Positions 44,005-56,200 of a DNA stretch of 64,000 nucleotides are shown one piece after another. Below the pieces are notes generated by a model. It was not told the origin of the DNA, did not search any database, and worked only from the letters and a program-made list of their open reading frames with translations. A program made the position numbers and the translations under genes. The stretch is taken from positions 248,001 to 312,000 of the forward strand of contig OZ025786.1 of assembly GCA_964019425.1 (NCBI GenBank), read 5' to 3'. The first letter of the stretch is position 1. The number at the start of each line of letters is the position of its first letter. Origin of the DNA: Flectonema sp. DT1601. Taxonomy: Eukaryota.

Positions 44005-46312
44005 ATGACACAGCGAGAAAAAAAGAAGCAAGACTCGTGGGTCGCTGAGCTACGATCACTTACATCTCACGGAGAGAACAAGAAGTGTATGGACTGCACT
44101 AAGAATGTATGTCATTCTTTGTTGTACCTTAATTGGTTTTTTTTTATAGCCAAAACAACAGTTTAAATTAATCCCCTACAGAACCCAACTTACCTGATCA
44201 CAACATACAGCATTTTTGTGTGTGAAAGTTGTGCTAGTTTACAGTATGTCTTTACCTGTGTCATTGTGTATTATTGTTTCATTACTTAACTTTAAACTAC
44301 CTGCAGTAGCAGTAAGCAACATCTGGCAAAGGGAATTGGATACGCTAAGTTAACTGAGGAGGATATGAATGGAGTTCGTAACGGAGATGGAAACATTGGT
44401 GCTGCTGCTTTGTGGAGAGCCAGATTACCAGCAAATTCATCGGAAATTCCAAGACCTGGAGAGAAATCAAAAATAAGTGAATATATTACAAAGACTTATG
44501 AAGTTGGGAAATGGAAGAGAGCTTCAGGTGGTGGGACGTCAGTACCAGCAGCAACAACAAGCATAGCAACACCAACATCAGTGGCGGAATCATTTCAAAA
44601 CACTGGGTCTGTTGAGTTAAGTGGTGGTCAATGGCAATGTGATACTTGTACTTTAATAAACGAATCTAATGCTGCGAGATGTTCTGTTTGTACGGCTGCT
44701 AAACCTACAAGGACTGTTCAGCAAAAACCTCCAACTCCTGCTGCTGTAGCTGCGACTACAACAGCTCCTGCTCCTGTTCAAAAAACTATTCAAACACCAG
44801 CTCATGCGGCAGCTCAAACTAGTCTTTTTAGTAGACAGCCTCCTCCTAATCAACAAGTTCCTCAACAGCAGCAACATCAACAGCAGCAACCTCAGGTAGA
44901 TCTATTTAAATCTCAGCCTCCTGCGCAAGCTCAGCCACAAGTTGATCTTTTCGCACAGCCTCCCCCGCAGCAACAGCAGCAGCAGCAGCAACAGCCACAG
45001 CAGCCCAAGCAAAGCTCTCCATTGGTATGTTTTTTATTATTGTGATGAGAAAACTATAGATTAGTTCCCGTGAGGATCTGCCTAACCTGGTGGATGAGAC
45101 TTTCTTACTAATAACCCCAACAGGATGATATGTTTGCAGCACCAATTGTTTCACAGCAGTCAGCACAGCAGTTACAACCCCTCTTTCCTGATCCAGTTCC
45201 GCAGCAACAACAACAGCAACCCGTACAACAACAGCAACAACAACAACAACCTGCACAACAGCAACAACCACAGCAACCACCTCCTAAGAAGAGTATGTAT
45301 TTGTTTATGGTTAAATTAATGTGTTCTTTTTACAAGTTAATAACAGAATATCAAACCAACAAAAACAACAGAGTTAGCACTTGAGGATCTGTTTGGACCT
45401 GAAACAGCAGCTCCACAACAACAGATGGGAGGCATGATGAACAATCAAGGTAGTATGATGCAGGGAGGTATGATGAGTCAGCCAATGATGAATCAAGGAA
45501 ATAACATGATGGGCATGCAAAGTAGTATGACGGGCGGTAATGGTATGCAATCCGGCGGTATGATGAATCCACAAGGTAACCAGCAGGGTGGAATGATGGG
45601 ACAGCAAAATCCGATGATGGGACAGGGTATGAATCCACAGCAGGGAGGTATGATGAGCCAACAAGGTGGTATGATGGGCCAACAGCAAGGCGGAATGATG
45701 GGCCAACAAGGTGGTATGATGGGCCAGCAACAGGGTGGCATGATGGGTCAACAAGGCAGTGGTATGAGCCAGCAGGGTGGTATGATGGGCCAACAGCAGG
45801 GTGGTATGATGGGCCAACAACAAGGTGGTATGATGAGCCAACAAGGCGGAATGATGGGACAGCAGGGAGGTATGATGGGCCAGCAACAAGGCGGCATGAT
45901 GGGCCAACAAGGCACTGGTATGATGGGCCAGCAGGGTATGATGGGCCAACAACAAGGCGGCATGATGGGCCAGGGAATGATGAGCCAGCAGGGTGGCATG
46001 GGCCAGCAGCAAGGAGGTATGATGGGCCAGCAACAAGGTGGCATGATGGGCCAGCAGCAAGGCGGTATGATGGGCCAGCAGCAAGGAGGCATGATGGGCC
46101 AGCAGCAAGGCGGTATGATGGGCCAGCAGCAGGGTGGAATGCAGGGGGGTTACACAGGTCAGCCCCCAATGGGAATGCAACAACAGCAACCATCTCAGCA
46201 GCAAAATTCAAATCCATTTGCGTCTTCAGATGATCCTTTCTCTTCTCTTGGAACAGACCTCGGGAAAAAGAATACCGCTCCTGAGCAAAGCATTTTCTCC
46301 GGATTAATGTAA
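44005..46312 (+). CDS. ArfGAP-fold protein with RanBP2/NZF zinc finger, DLF/NPF/DPF motifs and G/M/Q-rich tail, 5 exons: 44005-44106, 44182-44243, 44307-45024, 45124-45292, 45372-46312, ~663 aa
   Basis: Spliced N-terminus NKKCMDC-x16-CESC, later GNIGAAALW and YITKTYE..W. WQCDTCTLINESNAARCSVC. All four GT-AG introns keep frame. Confidence 0.88.
45425..46150 (+). repeat. Coding tandem repeat encoding (GGMMGQQ/Q)n
   Basis: 21-24 nt units such as ggtggtatgatgggccaacagcag with varied synonymous codons. Confidence 0.95.
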
Positions 46313-46922
46313 AACCACATCATCTTACTAGCCACCTCTTCTTTGTGATTGAATCTGTTTAGTATCCAGTGATATGTCATCTCCATTCATATTATTCATG
46401 AGGGGCATACTAACTTTTCATCTGTGTCCCCTCGCATGATCGTCATACGTTAAAGTTTACAATTTCATGGTACTGTTGAATGTGACTCCTCTGTTTTAAA
46501 AAAAAGAAACCTATTTCCTTTCCCTGAATAATCCGCAATTCCTTATAATGTCGATTTTATTTTTTATTTATGTTATTTTTTTTTTTTTTTCAAATTATTG
46601 GTCTTTCCCCCTTTCTCCTATTATCCTCAGAATCGATTAACTACGGAGAGGGAAGACAGGAAACTCATTCCTTCAAAGAAGTTATTCGTTAAGGTTAATA
46701 CTTTTCTTTGTTGTTGGTACACTTATCTGTAAAGACTACCTAACAAAGAACAATTAATTACACTCTAAACAGTAAACATAATACATATTAAAGGGGTTTT
46801 TGTTAGTGAACAGGAAAAAAAAAAAAAAAAAAAAAAACTTACGAATCGAGAATGCACCCAGAAACTAGATATCTTTTGTGTGGTATTGAAGAAAAAGGGT
46901 AGGGAATAGGTTTTGTTGGGGG

Positions 46923-46958
<36 letters not shown>

Positions 46959-47349
46959 TAATAAAAACAAGCAAACAATAAATAATAATTTTTTTTCCCT
47001 TCATTTTTTATTTTTATTTTTAAATTTTATAATTCCCCATTTGTGCCGACCATTGTTGATTGTAATTTAATTTATTTATTTAAATTTTTTTTTTTTTTTT
47101 TTTTAAAATGTCGTCTGCATTCGTTAACGTCCCGACAGTGCCTACTTTAACAAATAGAAGAAAAAGAAAAAAAAAAAAAAAGAGGGAAAAAAAAGAGAAA
47201 AAAAAACACCTTTTCTAATAGAAACTAACTTAAGATAAGAGTCTCAGTGTCGTCCCTTCTTGCAAAAAGGCACTTATTTGAAACGTGTTGTTTATACATT
47301 GTTTTTTATTATATTGTTTTTTACTGAAAAACAGATTTGTTGGATACGA

Positions 47350-49302
47350 ATGGAAGCATTCATCAATTCGGTTAACCAAAATAAAAATAAATATGACAAC
47401 GATAATAATAATAACAACAACTTAAATATATCGACAACTTCAAGTAGACCAAGCAGAAGGGCTCCAAAACCTCCGATGAACGATGGACAGATAACAGCAA
47501 CGACAAGAAAAAGTACACCTCCAAGGGGACTGAGACCAGGATTAGAACAACTCCAGAGGGCCACGAGGGAATCACCACAACAATGGGAAAGCTACAACCC
47601 AATAATAAACACTTTAACAGGTGGTGCTACAGTAACTTCCTCATTAGGTCAAACTGGTTGTGGTCCAGGTGGTACAGGATTGATTCCGACTGGTCCTTGC
47701 TCACCACAAGCTACGTCTAACATGAATGATATCCACGTTCCTATTCCAGGACCTAGTCTTAATGAGTTATCATCAGTTCATCAAGAAGATGTTAGTGAGT
47801 TGTTTGATAATCATCAACAGTTTCAATCCCCATCTATATCAAATCAAATAAAAATTAATGAAATCCTTTCAAATATCGTACCTTCTTCACAAGACAGTTC
47901 ACATCAAGTACTACAACAAGCGATAAGTAGTATTCCTGAAGGTTTATCAGTAAAAGTTGCCCTACGACACCTGATAGAGAAAAGTCAGGGCATTGCAGAA
48001 GAGCAGACATTACTTATGGAGAAGATTGAAAAACAAAAATCACAGAAAGCTCACATGGATAATTTAGAATTAATAACTCCTACCGAAGAGAACCAACACC
48101 AACAAGGAAATACATCAACTAAAGTAACACCTCCACCTCGTAGTTGTGATGCTTCTTCTCAAACACCTGCTGAACATTCAAAGCCGTCTGAAGAAGTTTC
48201 AATTCAAAAGGAGAAAATCATACGACGGAATACATCTCCAACACCTGAGAGAGAACGACACTCACAAATAATGAACTTCAGCGCTGGGTATGCCACTCAA
48301 GAAGTCACAGTAGTCACTACGACATTAGAGCCTACTGTTGAAGGAAGTCAAAGAGAAGAAATAAATAACAATATTCAACATCTTAAAGCTGATCAGCCTG
48401 GCTGTGCAGTTTTTGATGCGACTGCTACAACGATGGAAACACAGTCTGATAAACAGACTCCTGAGCACAACAAAACAACTCAAAGTCAAAAGACGAATCA
48501 CACGAGTCCTAGACGCTGGGTATCACCTGGTCGTCTACGGGAGTTCATACCAGACTCTGCAGGGACTATTCCACCTAATTTACTTGATAGTTTATTACCC
48601 AACGATGACAGTTGTTTACCAATCACTCCACCTCCTGTACGATGGCCAGAGTCAGGACAACACTTAGCGAAGACACGCCAAGTGACAAAAGAGCGACTTG
48701 CTAAGTATCGAGACATATACTGGACCCGGATAAAACAGAATCAGCAATACACAAGAGAACAATCACCTGGAGGATCGCCTAATAGAACACCAAGCAAGAG
48801 GACGCCAAGTACTAAGCCTGCTGAAGAAGGTGGTGCTGCATCACCAGTAGTAAAAGAAAACACTTCAGCTATATCTGCTATTAGAAAACAGTCATCAAGT
48901 ACAGTGAACTCAAGTACTTCAGGTGGTGCTGCTGATATTAATTTGATGCTAACTAATTCTCAAAAACAAGAATTACTAGACGACTTAAGTATGAAATATA
49001 TCACAGATGAACTCTCAAAGAGACGTCAGGTTCTAACTTCTACAGTTAAAGATTTATCTCAAATAGTTAACAGCCAACGTCATCACCAAGACACAGATGT
49101 AGTAACACCAAGTAGGAATGTTCATGATCAGCTGCTTTGGTATGAAGCTGCTCGTAAAAACAGAAGATCAGAATCTCAAAAACGGGGAGAGGGATCTCCT
49201 CCAACACAAGAACATCTTGCCAAAGACTTAGCACAGCGACTGCATGAAATTCACTCGGTTACTCCACCTAAGCAAATTCCTGTAAAAAGACCAATGCGTT
49301 AG
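47350..49302 (+). CDS. Hypothetical, largely disordered S/T/P/Q-rich protein, ~650 aa
   Basis: Long ORF; first ATG after aaaaacag at 47350; no domain recognised. Confidence 0.8.
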   Translation: MEAFINSVNQNKNKYDNDNNNNNNLNISTTSSRPSRRAPKPPMNDGQITATTRKSTPPRGLRPGLEQLQRATRESPQQWESYNPIINTLTGGATVTSSLGQTGCGPGGTGLIPTGPCSPQATSNMNDIHVPIPGPSLNELSSVHQEDVSELFDNHQQFQSPSISNQIKINEILSNIVPSSQDSSHQVLQQAISSIPEGLSVKVALRHLIEKSQGIAEEQTLLMEKIEKQKSQKAHMDNLELITPTEENQHQQGNTSTKVTPPPRSCDASSQTPAEHSKPSEEVSIQKEKIIRRNTSPTPERERHSQIMNFSAGYATQEVTVVTTTLEPTVEGSQREEINNNIQHLKADQPGCAVFDATATTMETQSDKQTPEHNKTTQSQKTNHTSPRRWVSPGRLREFIPDSAGTIPPNLLDSLLPNDDSCLPITPPPVRWPESGQHLAKTRQVTKERLAKYRDIYWTRIKQNQQYTREQSPGGSPNRTPSKRTPSTKPAEEGGAASPVVKENTSAISAIRKQSSSTVNSSTSGGAADINLMLTNSQKQELLDDLSMKYITDELSKRRQVLTSTVKDLSQIVNSQRHHQDTDVVTPSRNVHDQLLWYEAARKNRRSESQKRGEGSPPTQEHLAKDLAQRLHEIHSVTPPKQIPVKRPMR

Positions 49303-50276
49303 TCCCTCTCACAAATATGTTATTATTATTATTTTTTTTTTCCTTTATTCTGACAGTTCTGTATTATATTGCATTCGAAATATAGATGAGTTTTTTTTTC
49401 TCTTTTTTTCTTCTTTTTTTTTTTTGTACCTAAAAAAAGCTATTGTTCGGTAGAAAGAGAATTGTGGCATCGTACCAAAACCTTTTTCTATTTTCCTTTA
49501 TAAGGATTTTGTGACGAGTTGCGCACAAACAAAAACGAAAGTAAAAAAATAAAAAAAGTAAGGTTGGTCGATTCTTTTTTTTCTTTCTTTTCCTTGAAAC
49601 GAATAAAAAGAAATAAAGAAAACAAAAAATTTACTGTGAAAGGAGCTCTCCTTCACTACGATGTATCTTCTGTAACATTATAGGAGGTATTACGTGTTTT
49701 CTTATTTTAATCGAAGCTGGTGTATTCTTTTTTTTTAGCTTTCACAGACTAAAAAAAAAAAAAAAAAACAAATTAGTGTTCCTACCGCGTATGCATTTTA
49801 TAATAAGGCAGTTACATACTTTCAATTAATTCTTTTACTTTTTTTCAAAAAAAAAAAAAATAGTTTTTTTAGATTCGCTATTTGTAGTGCTGTTGAGGTG
49901 TTTCTTTTTTATTTTTTAAAAAAAATCTTTTTCTTCGCTCGTTCACAGGAGAAGGAAAAATGATGTTGTCTGAGTTTACTGTTATATAGTTATCGTTATC
50001 GTTTTTTTTTTCGTTCTTTTTTTTACACCTACAAAGTCGGAGAACAAACCCCCTGTGAGGTTCCGATAACAAGAAAGTCTTTCTGGTCTTTCTGCAGGAA
50101 ATGAGATTCTAATTCGAAAAGCGATACGGATATTCCGATCCTTCCAATCAAACTCAACGATTTCAGAAAAAGTTAAAGTCAGCAAAACAAAGATAATTGT
50201 CATAAAGTGAAATTAGTTTTTTTTAAACAAAAAGTGATGCTTTTATTCACTCACCAGGTTGGGGAAATATATTTAA

Positions 50277-53200
50277 ATGTCCCTATTGGGGAGTATATTC
50301 GGAAGTAGTAACAGTAATGAAAGTGATAATGTTAAAATATCAGCTGGTAAAGTTGATGTAACGGATCCATTACCAGAAGAGACGTCAAGTATTAAAAAGG
50401 ATTCAGTCACGAGTGACATTCATGTGAAGGATGGGTTACCTAAATCAAGCGCCGCCTCAGCTTCGGTAGTAAATGAGGTAAAGACACCTTCAAAAACGGA
50501 AGCTGTAGCTGCTGTCAGTAAAACTGAGGAAACCGTTCAAAAACCTTCGGCTGCAGAATCGAAAACTGCTGGACCAGCCACTACCCACAAAGATTCTACA
50601 GCTGCAGCAGATCACAAAGCAGCTTCTGTGACAGATCACAAAGCCGACACAACTGCGCCAGCAGCAACTGCTACCACCGCTGATCATAAAGACACAGCAG
50701 CACCTGCAACTGCAACAACTAATCACAAGGCTGACACAGCAGCACCAGCAACTGCTACTGCTGATCACAAAGACACAACTGCACCGGCAACCACCGCTAC
50801 TGATCACAAGGCTGACGCAGCACCAGCAACTGCCACCGCTGATCACAAAGACACAGCCGCACCAGCAACTGCCACTGCCGACCACAAAGACACAACTGCA
50901 CCAGCAACTGCTACTGCTAAGGCTGACACAACTGCACCGGCTGCAACAGCCACTGATCACAAGGCTGACGCAGCAGTACCAGCAACTGCTACCGCTGATC
51001 ACAAAGACACAACTGCACCAGCAACTGCTACTGCTAAGGCTGACACAACTGCGCCGGCTGCAACAACCACTGATCACAAGGCTGACACGGCAGCACCTGC
51101 AGCAACAGCCACGGATCATAAAGCTGACGCGGTAGCAACTGCTAGCGCCGATCACAAAGACACAGCTGCACCAGCAACTGCTGATCACAAGGCTGACACG
51201 ACTGCACCAGCAACTGCTACCGCCGATCACAAAGACACAGCTGCACCAGCAACAACCGATCACAAAGACACAGCTGCATCAGCAGCAACGGCCACTGATC
51301 ATAAGGCTGACACACCTGCACCACCAACAACCGCCGATCACAAAGACACATTAGCACCAGCAAGTGCTACTGCTGACCACAAGGCTGACACAACTGCACC
51401 AGCAACAACCGATCACAAGGCTGACACAACTGCACCAGCAACGACCGATCACAAAGACACAGCAACAACAGCAACTGCTACTACTGATCACAAAGATACA
51501 GCTGCACCAGCAACGGCTACCGCCGATCACAAAGACACAGCAGCAACAGCAACTGCTACTACTGATCACAAAGATACAGCTGCACCAGCAACGGCTACCG
51601 CCGATCACAAAGACACAGCAGCAACAGCAACTGCTACTACTGATCACAAGGCTGACACAACTGCACCAGCAACAACCGATCACAAGGCTGACACAACTGC
51701 ACCAGCAGCTGCCTCCGCTGATCACAAAGATACGGCTGCACCAGCAACTGCTACCGCCGATCACAAAGACACAGCAGCAACAGCAACTGCTACCGCCGAT
51801 CATAAAGACACAGCTGCACCAGCAACAACCGATCACAAAGACACAGCAACAACAGCAACTGCTACTACTGATCACAAAGATACAGCTGCACCAGCAACGG
51901 CTACCGCCGATCACAAAGACACGGCAGCAACAGCAACTGCTACTACTGATCACAAGGCTGACACAACTGCACCAGCAACAACCGATCACAAGGCTGACAC
52001 AGCTGCACCAGCAGCTGCCTCCGCTGATCACAAAGATACGGCTGCACCAGCAACTGCTACCGCCGATCACAAAGACACAGCAGCAACAGCAACTGCTACT
52101 ACTGATCATAAAGACACAGCTGCACCAGCAACGACCACTGATCATAAGGCTGACACAGCAGCACCAGCAACTGCTACTACTGATCACAAAGACACAGCAG
52201 CAACAGCAACTGCTACTACTGATCATAAAGACACAGCTGCACCAGCAACGACCACTGATCATAAGGCTGACACAGCAGCAACAGCAACTGCTACTACTGA
52301 TCACAAAGATACAGCTGCACCAGCAACGACCACTGATCATAAGGCTGACACAGCAGCACCAGCAACGGCTACCGCCGATCACAAAGACACAGCAGCAACA
52401 GCAACTGCTACTACTGATCACAAGGCTGACACAACTGCACCCGCAACAACCGATCACAAGGCTGACACAGCTGCACCAGCAGCTGCCTCCGCTGATCACA
52501 AAGATACGGCTGCACCAGCAACTGCTACTACTGATCATAAAGACACAGCTGCACCAGCAACAACCGATCACAAAGACACAGCAACAACAGCAACTGCTAC
52601 TACTGATCACAAAGATTCAGCTGCACCAGCAACGACCACTGATCATAAGGCTGACACAGCTGCACCAGCAGCTGCCTCCGCTGATCACAAAGATACAGCT
52701 GCACCAGCAACAACCGATCACAAAGACACAGCAACAACAGCAACTGCTACTACTGATCACAAAGATACAGCTGCACCAGCAACGACCACTGATCATAAGG
52801 CTGACACAGCTGCACCAGCAGCTGCCTCCGCAGATCACAAAGATACAGCTGCACCAGCAACTGCTACTACTAATCACAAGGCTGACACAACTGCACCAGC
52901 AACAACCGATCACAAAGACACAGTAGCACCAGCAAGTGCTACTGCTGACCACAAGGCTGACACAGCTGCACCAGCAACTGCCACCGCTGATCATAAAGAC
53001 ACAGCAGCAACAGCAACTGCTAATACTGATCACAAAGATACAGCTGCACCGGTAGCAACCACCACTAATCACAAGGCTGACACAACTGCACCAGCAACAA
53101 CCGCGGATCACAAAGACACAGCAGCACCAGCAACCGCCACCGCTGATCACAAAGAGACAGCCGCGCCAGCAACTGCTACTGTTGATCATAAGGCTGACAC

Positions 53201-56200
53201 ACCTGCACCACCAACAACCGCCGATCACAAAGACACAGCTGCACCAGCAAGTGCTACTGCTGACCACAAGGCTGACACAGCAGCACCAGCAACTGCCACC
53301 GCCGATCACAAAGACACAGTAGCAACAGCAACTGCTAATACTGATCACAAGGCTGACACACCTGCAGCAACAATCGCCGATCACAAAGACACAACTGCAC
53401 CAGCAACTGCTACTGCTAAGGCTGACACAACTGCGCCGGCTGCAACAACCACTGATCACAAGGCTGACACGGCAGCACCTGCAGCAACAGCCACGGATCA
53501 TAAAGCTGACGCGGTAGCAACTGCTAGCGCCGATCACAAAGACACAGCTGCACCAGCAACTGCTGATCACAAGGCTGACACGACTGCACCAGCAACTGCT
53601 ACCGCCGATCACAAAGACACAGCTGCACCAGCAACAACCGATCACAAAGACACAGCTGCATCAGCAGCAACGGCCACTGATCATAAGGCTGACACACCTG
53701 CACCACCAACAACCGCCGATCACAAAGACACATTAGCACCAGCAAGTGCTACTGCTGACCACAAGGCTGACACAACTGCACCAGCAACAACCGATCACAA
53801 GGCTGACACAACTGCACCAGCAACGACCGATCACAAAGACACAGCAACAACAGCAACTGCTACTACTGATCACAAAGATACAGCTGCACCAGCAACGGCT
53901 ACCGCCGATCACAAAGACACAGCAGCAACAGCAACTGCTACTACTGATCACAAAGATACAGCTGCACCAGCAACGGCTACCGCCGATCACAAAGACACAG
54001 CAGCAACAGCAACTGCTACTACTGATCACAAGGCTGACACAACTGCACCAGCAACAACCGATCACAAGGCTGACACAACTGCACCAGCAGCTGCCTCCGC
54101 TGATCACAAAGATACGGCTGCACCAGCAACTGCTACCGCCGATCACAAAGACACAGCAGCAACAGCAACTGCTACCGCCGATCATAAAGACACAGCTGCA
54201 CCAGCAACAACCGATCACAAAGACACAGCAACAACAGCAACTGCTACTACTGATCACAAAGATACAGCTGCACCAGCAACGGCTACCGCCGATCACAAAG
54301 ACACGGCAGCAACAGCAACTGCTACTACTGATCACAAGGCTGACACAACTGCACCAGCAACAACCGATCACAAGGCTGACACAGCTGCACCAGCAGCTGC
54401 CTCCGCTGATCACAAAGATACGGCTGCACCAGCAACTGCTACCGCCGATCACAAAGACACAGCAGCAACAGCAACTGCTACTACTGATCATAAAGACACA
54501 GCTGCACCAGCAACGACCACTGATCATAAGGCTGACACAGCAGCACCAGCAACTGCTACTACTGATCACAAAGACACAGCAGCAACAGCAACTGCTACTA
54601 CTGATCATAAAGACACAGCTGCACCAGCAACGACCACTGATCATAAGGCTGACACAGCAGCACCAGCAACGGCTACCGCCGATCACAAAGACACAGCAGC
54701 AACAGCAACTGCTACTACTGATCACAAAGATACAGCTGCACCAGCAACGACCACTGATCATAAGGCTGACACAGCAGCACCAGCAACGGCTACCGCCGAT
54801 CACAAAGACACAGCAGCAACAGCAACTGCTACTACTGATCACAAGGCTGACACAACTGCACCCGCAACAACCGATCACAAGGCTGACACAGCTGCACCAG
54901 CAGCTGCCTCCGCTGATCACAAAGATACGGCTGCACCAGCAACTGCTACTACTGATCATAAAGACACAGCTGCACCAGCAACAACCGATCACAAAGACAC
55001 AGCAACAACAGCAACTGCTACTACTGATCACAAAGATACAGCTGCACCAGCAACGGCTACCGCCGATCACAAAGACACGGCAGCAACAGCAACTGCTACT
55101 ACTGATCACAAGGCTGACACAACTGCACCAGCAACAACCGATCACAAGGCTGACACAGCTGCACCAGCAGCTGCCTCCGCTGATCACAAAGATACGGCTG
55201 CACCAGCAACTGCTACCGCCGATCACAAAGACACAGCAGCAACAGCAACTGCTACTACTGATCATAAAGACACAGCTGCACCAGCAACGACCACTGATCA
55301 TAAGGCTGACACAGCAGCACCAGCAACTGCTACTACTGATCACAAAGACACAGCAGCAACAGCAACTGCTACTACTGATCATAAAGACACAGCTGCACCA
55401 GCAACGACCACTGATCATAAGGCTGACACAGCAGCAACAGCAACTGCTACTACTGATCACAAAGATACAGCTGCACCAGCAACGACCACTGATCATAAGG
55501 CTGACACAGCAGCACCAGCAACGGCTACCGCCGATCACAAAGACACAGCAGCAACAGCAACTGCTACTACTGATCACAAGGCTGACACAACTGCACCCGC
55601 AACAACCGATCACAAGGCTGACACAGCTGCACCAGCAGCTGCCTCCGCTGATCACAAAGATACGGCTGCACCAGCAACTGCTACTACTGATCATAAAGAC
55701 ACAGCTGCACCAGCAACAACCGATCACAAAGACACAGCAACAACAGCAACTGCTACTACTGATCACAAAGATTCAGCTGCACCAGCAACGACCACTGATC
55801 ATAAGGCTGACACAGCTGCACCAGCAGCTGCCTCCGCTGATCACAAAGATACAGCTGCACCAGCAACAACCGATCACAAAGACACAGCAACAACAGCAAC
55901 TGCTACTACTGATCACAAAGATACAGCTGCACCAGCAACGACCACTGATCATAAGGCTGACACAGCTGCACCAGCAGCTGCCTCCGCAGATCACAAAGAT
56001 ACAGCTGCACCAGCAACTGCTACTACTAATCACAAGGCTGACACAACTGCACCAGCAACAACCGATCACAAAGACACAGTAGCACCAGCAAGTGCTACTG
56101 CTGACCACAAGGCTGACACAGCTGCACCAGCAACTGCCACCGCTGATCATAAAGACACAGCAGCAACAGCAACTGCTAATACTGATCACAAAGATACAGC

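Noticed and set aside
45351..46217. Long minus-strand ORFs (288, 276, 114, 82 aa)
   Set aside because: Shadows of the GGMMGQQ repeat, which lacks stops in other frames.
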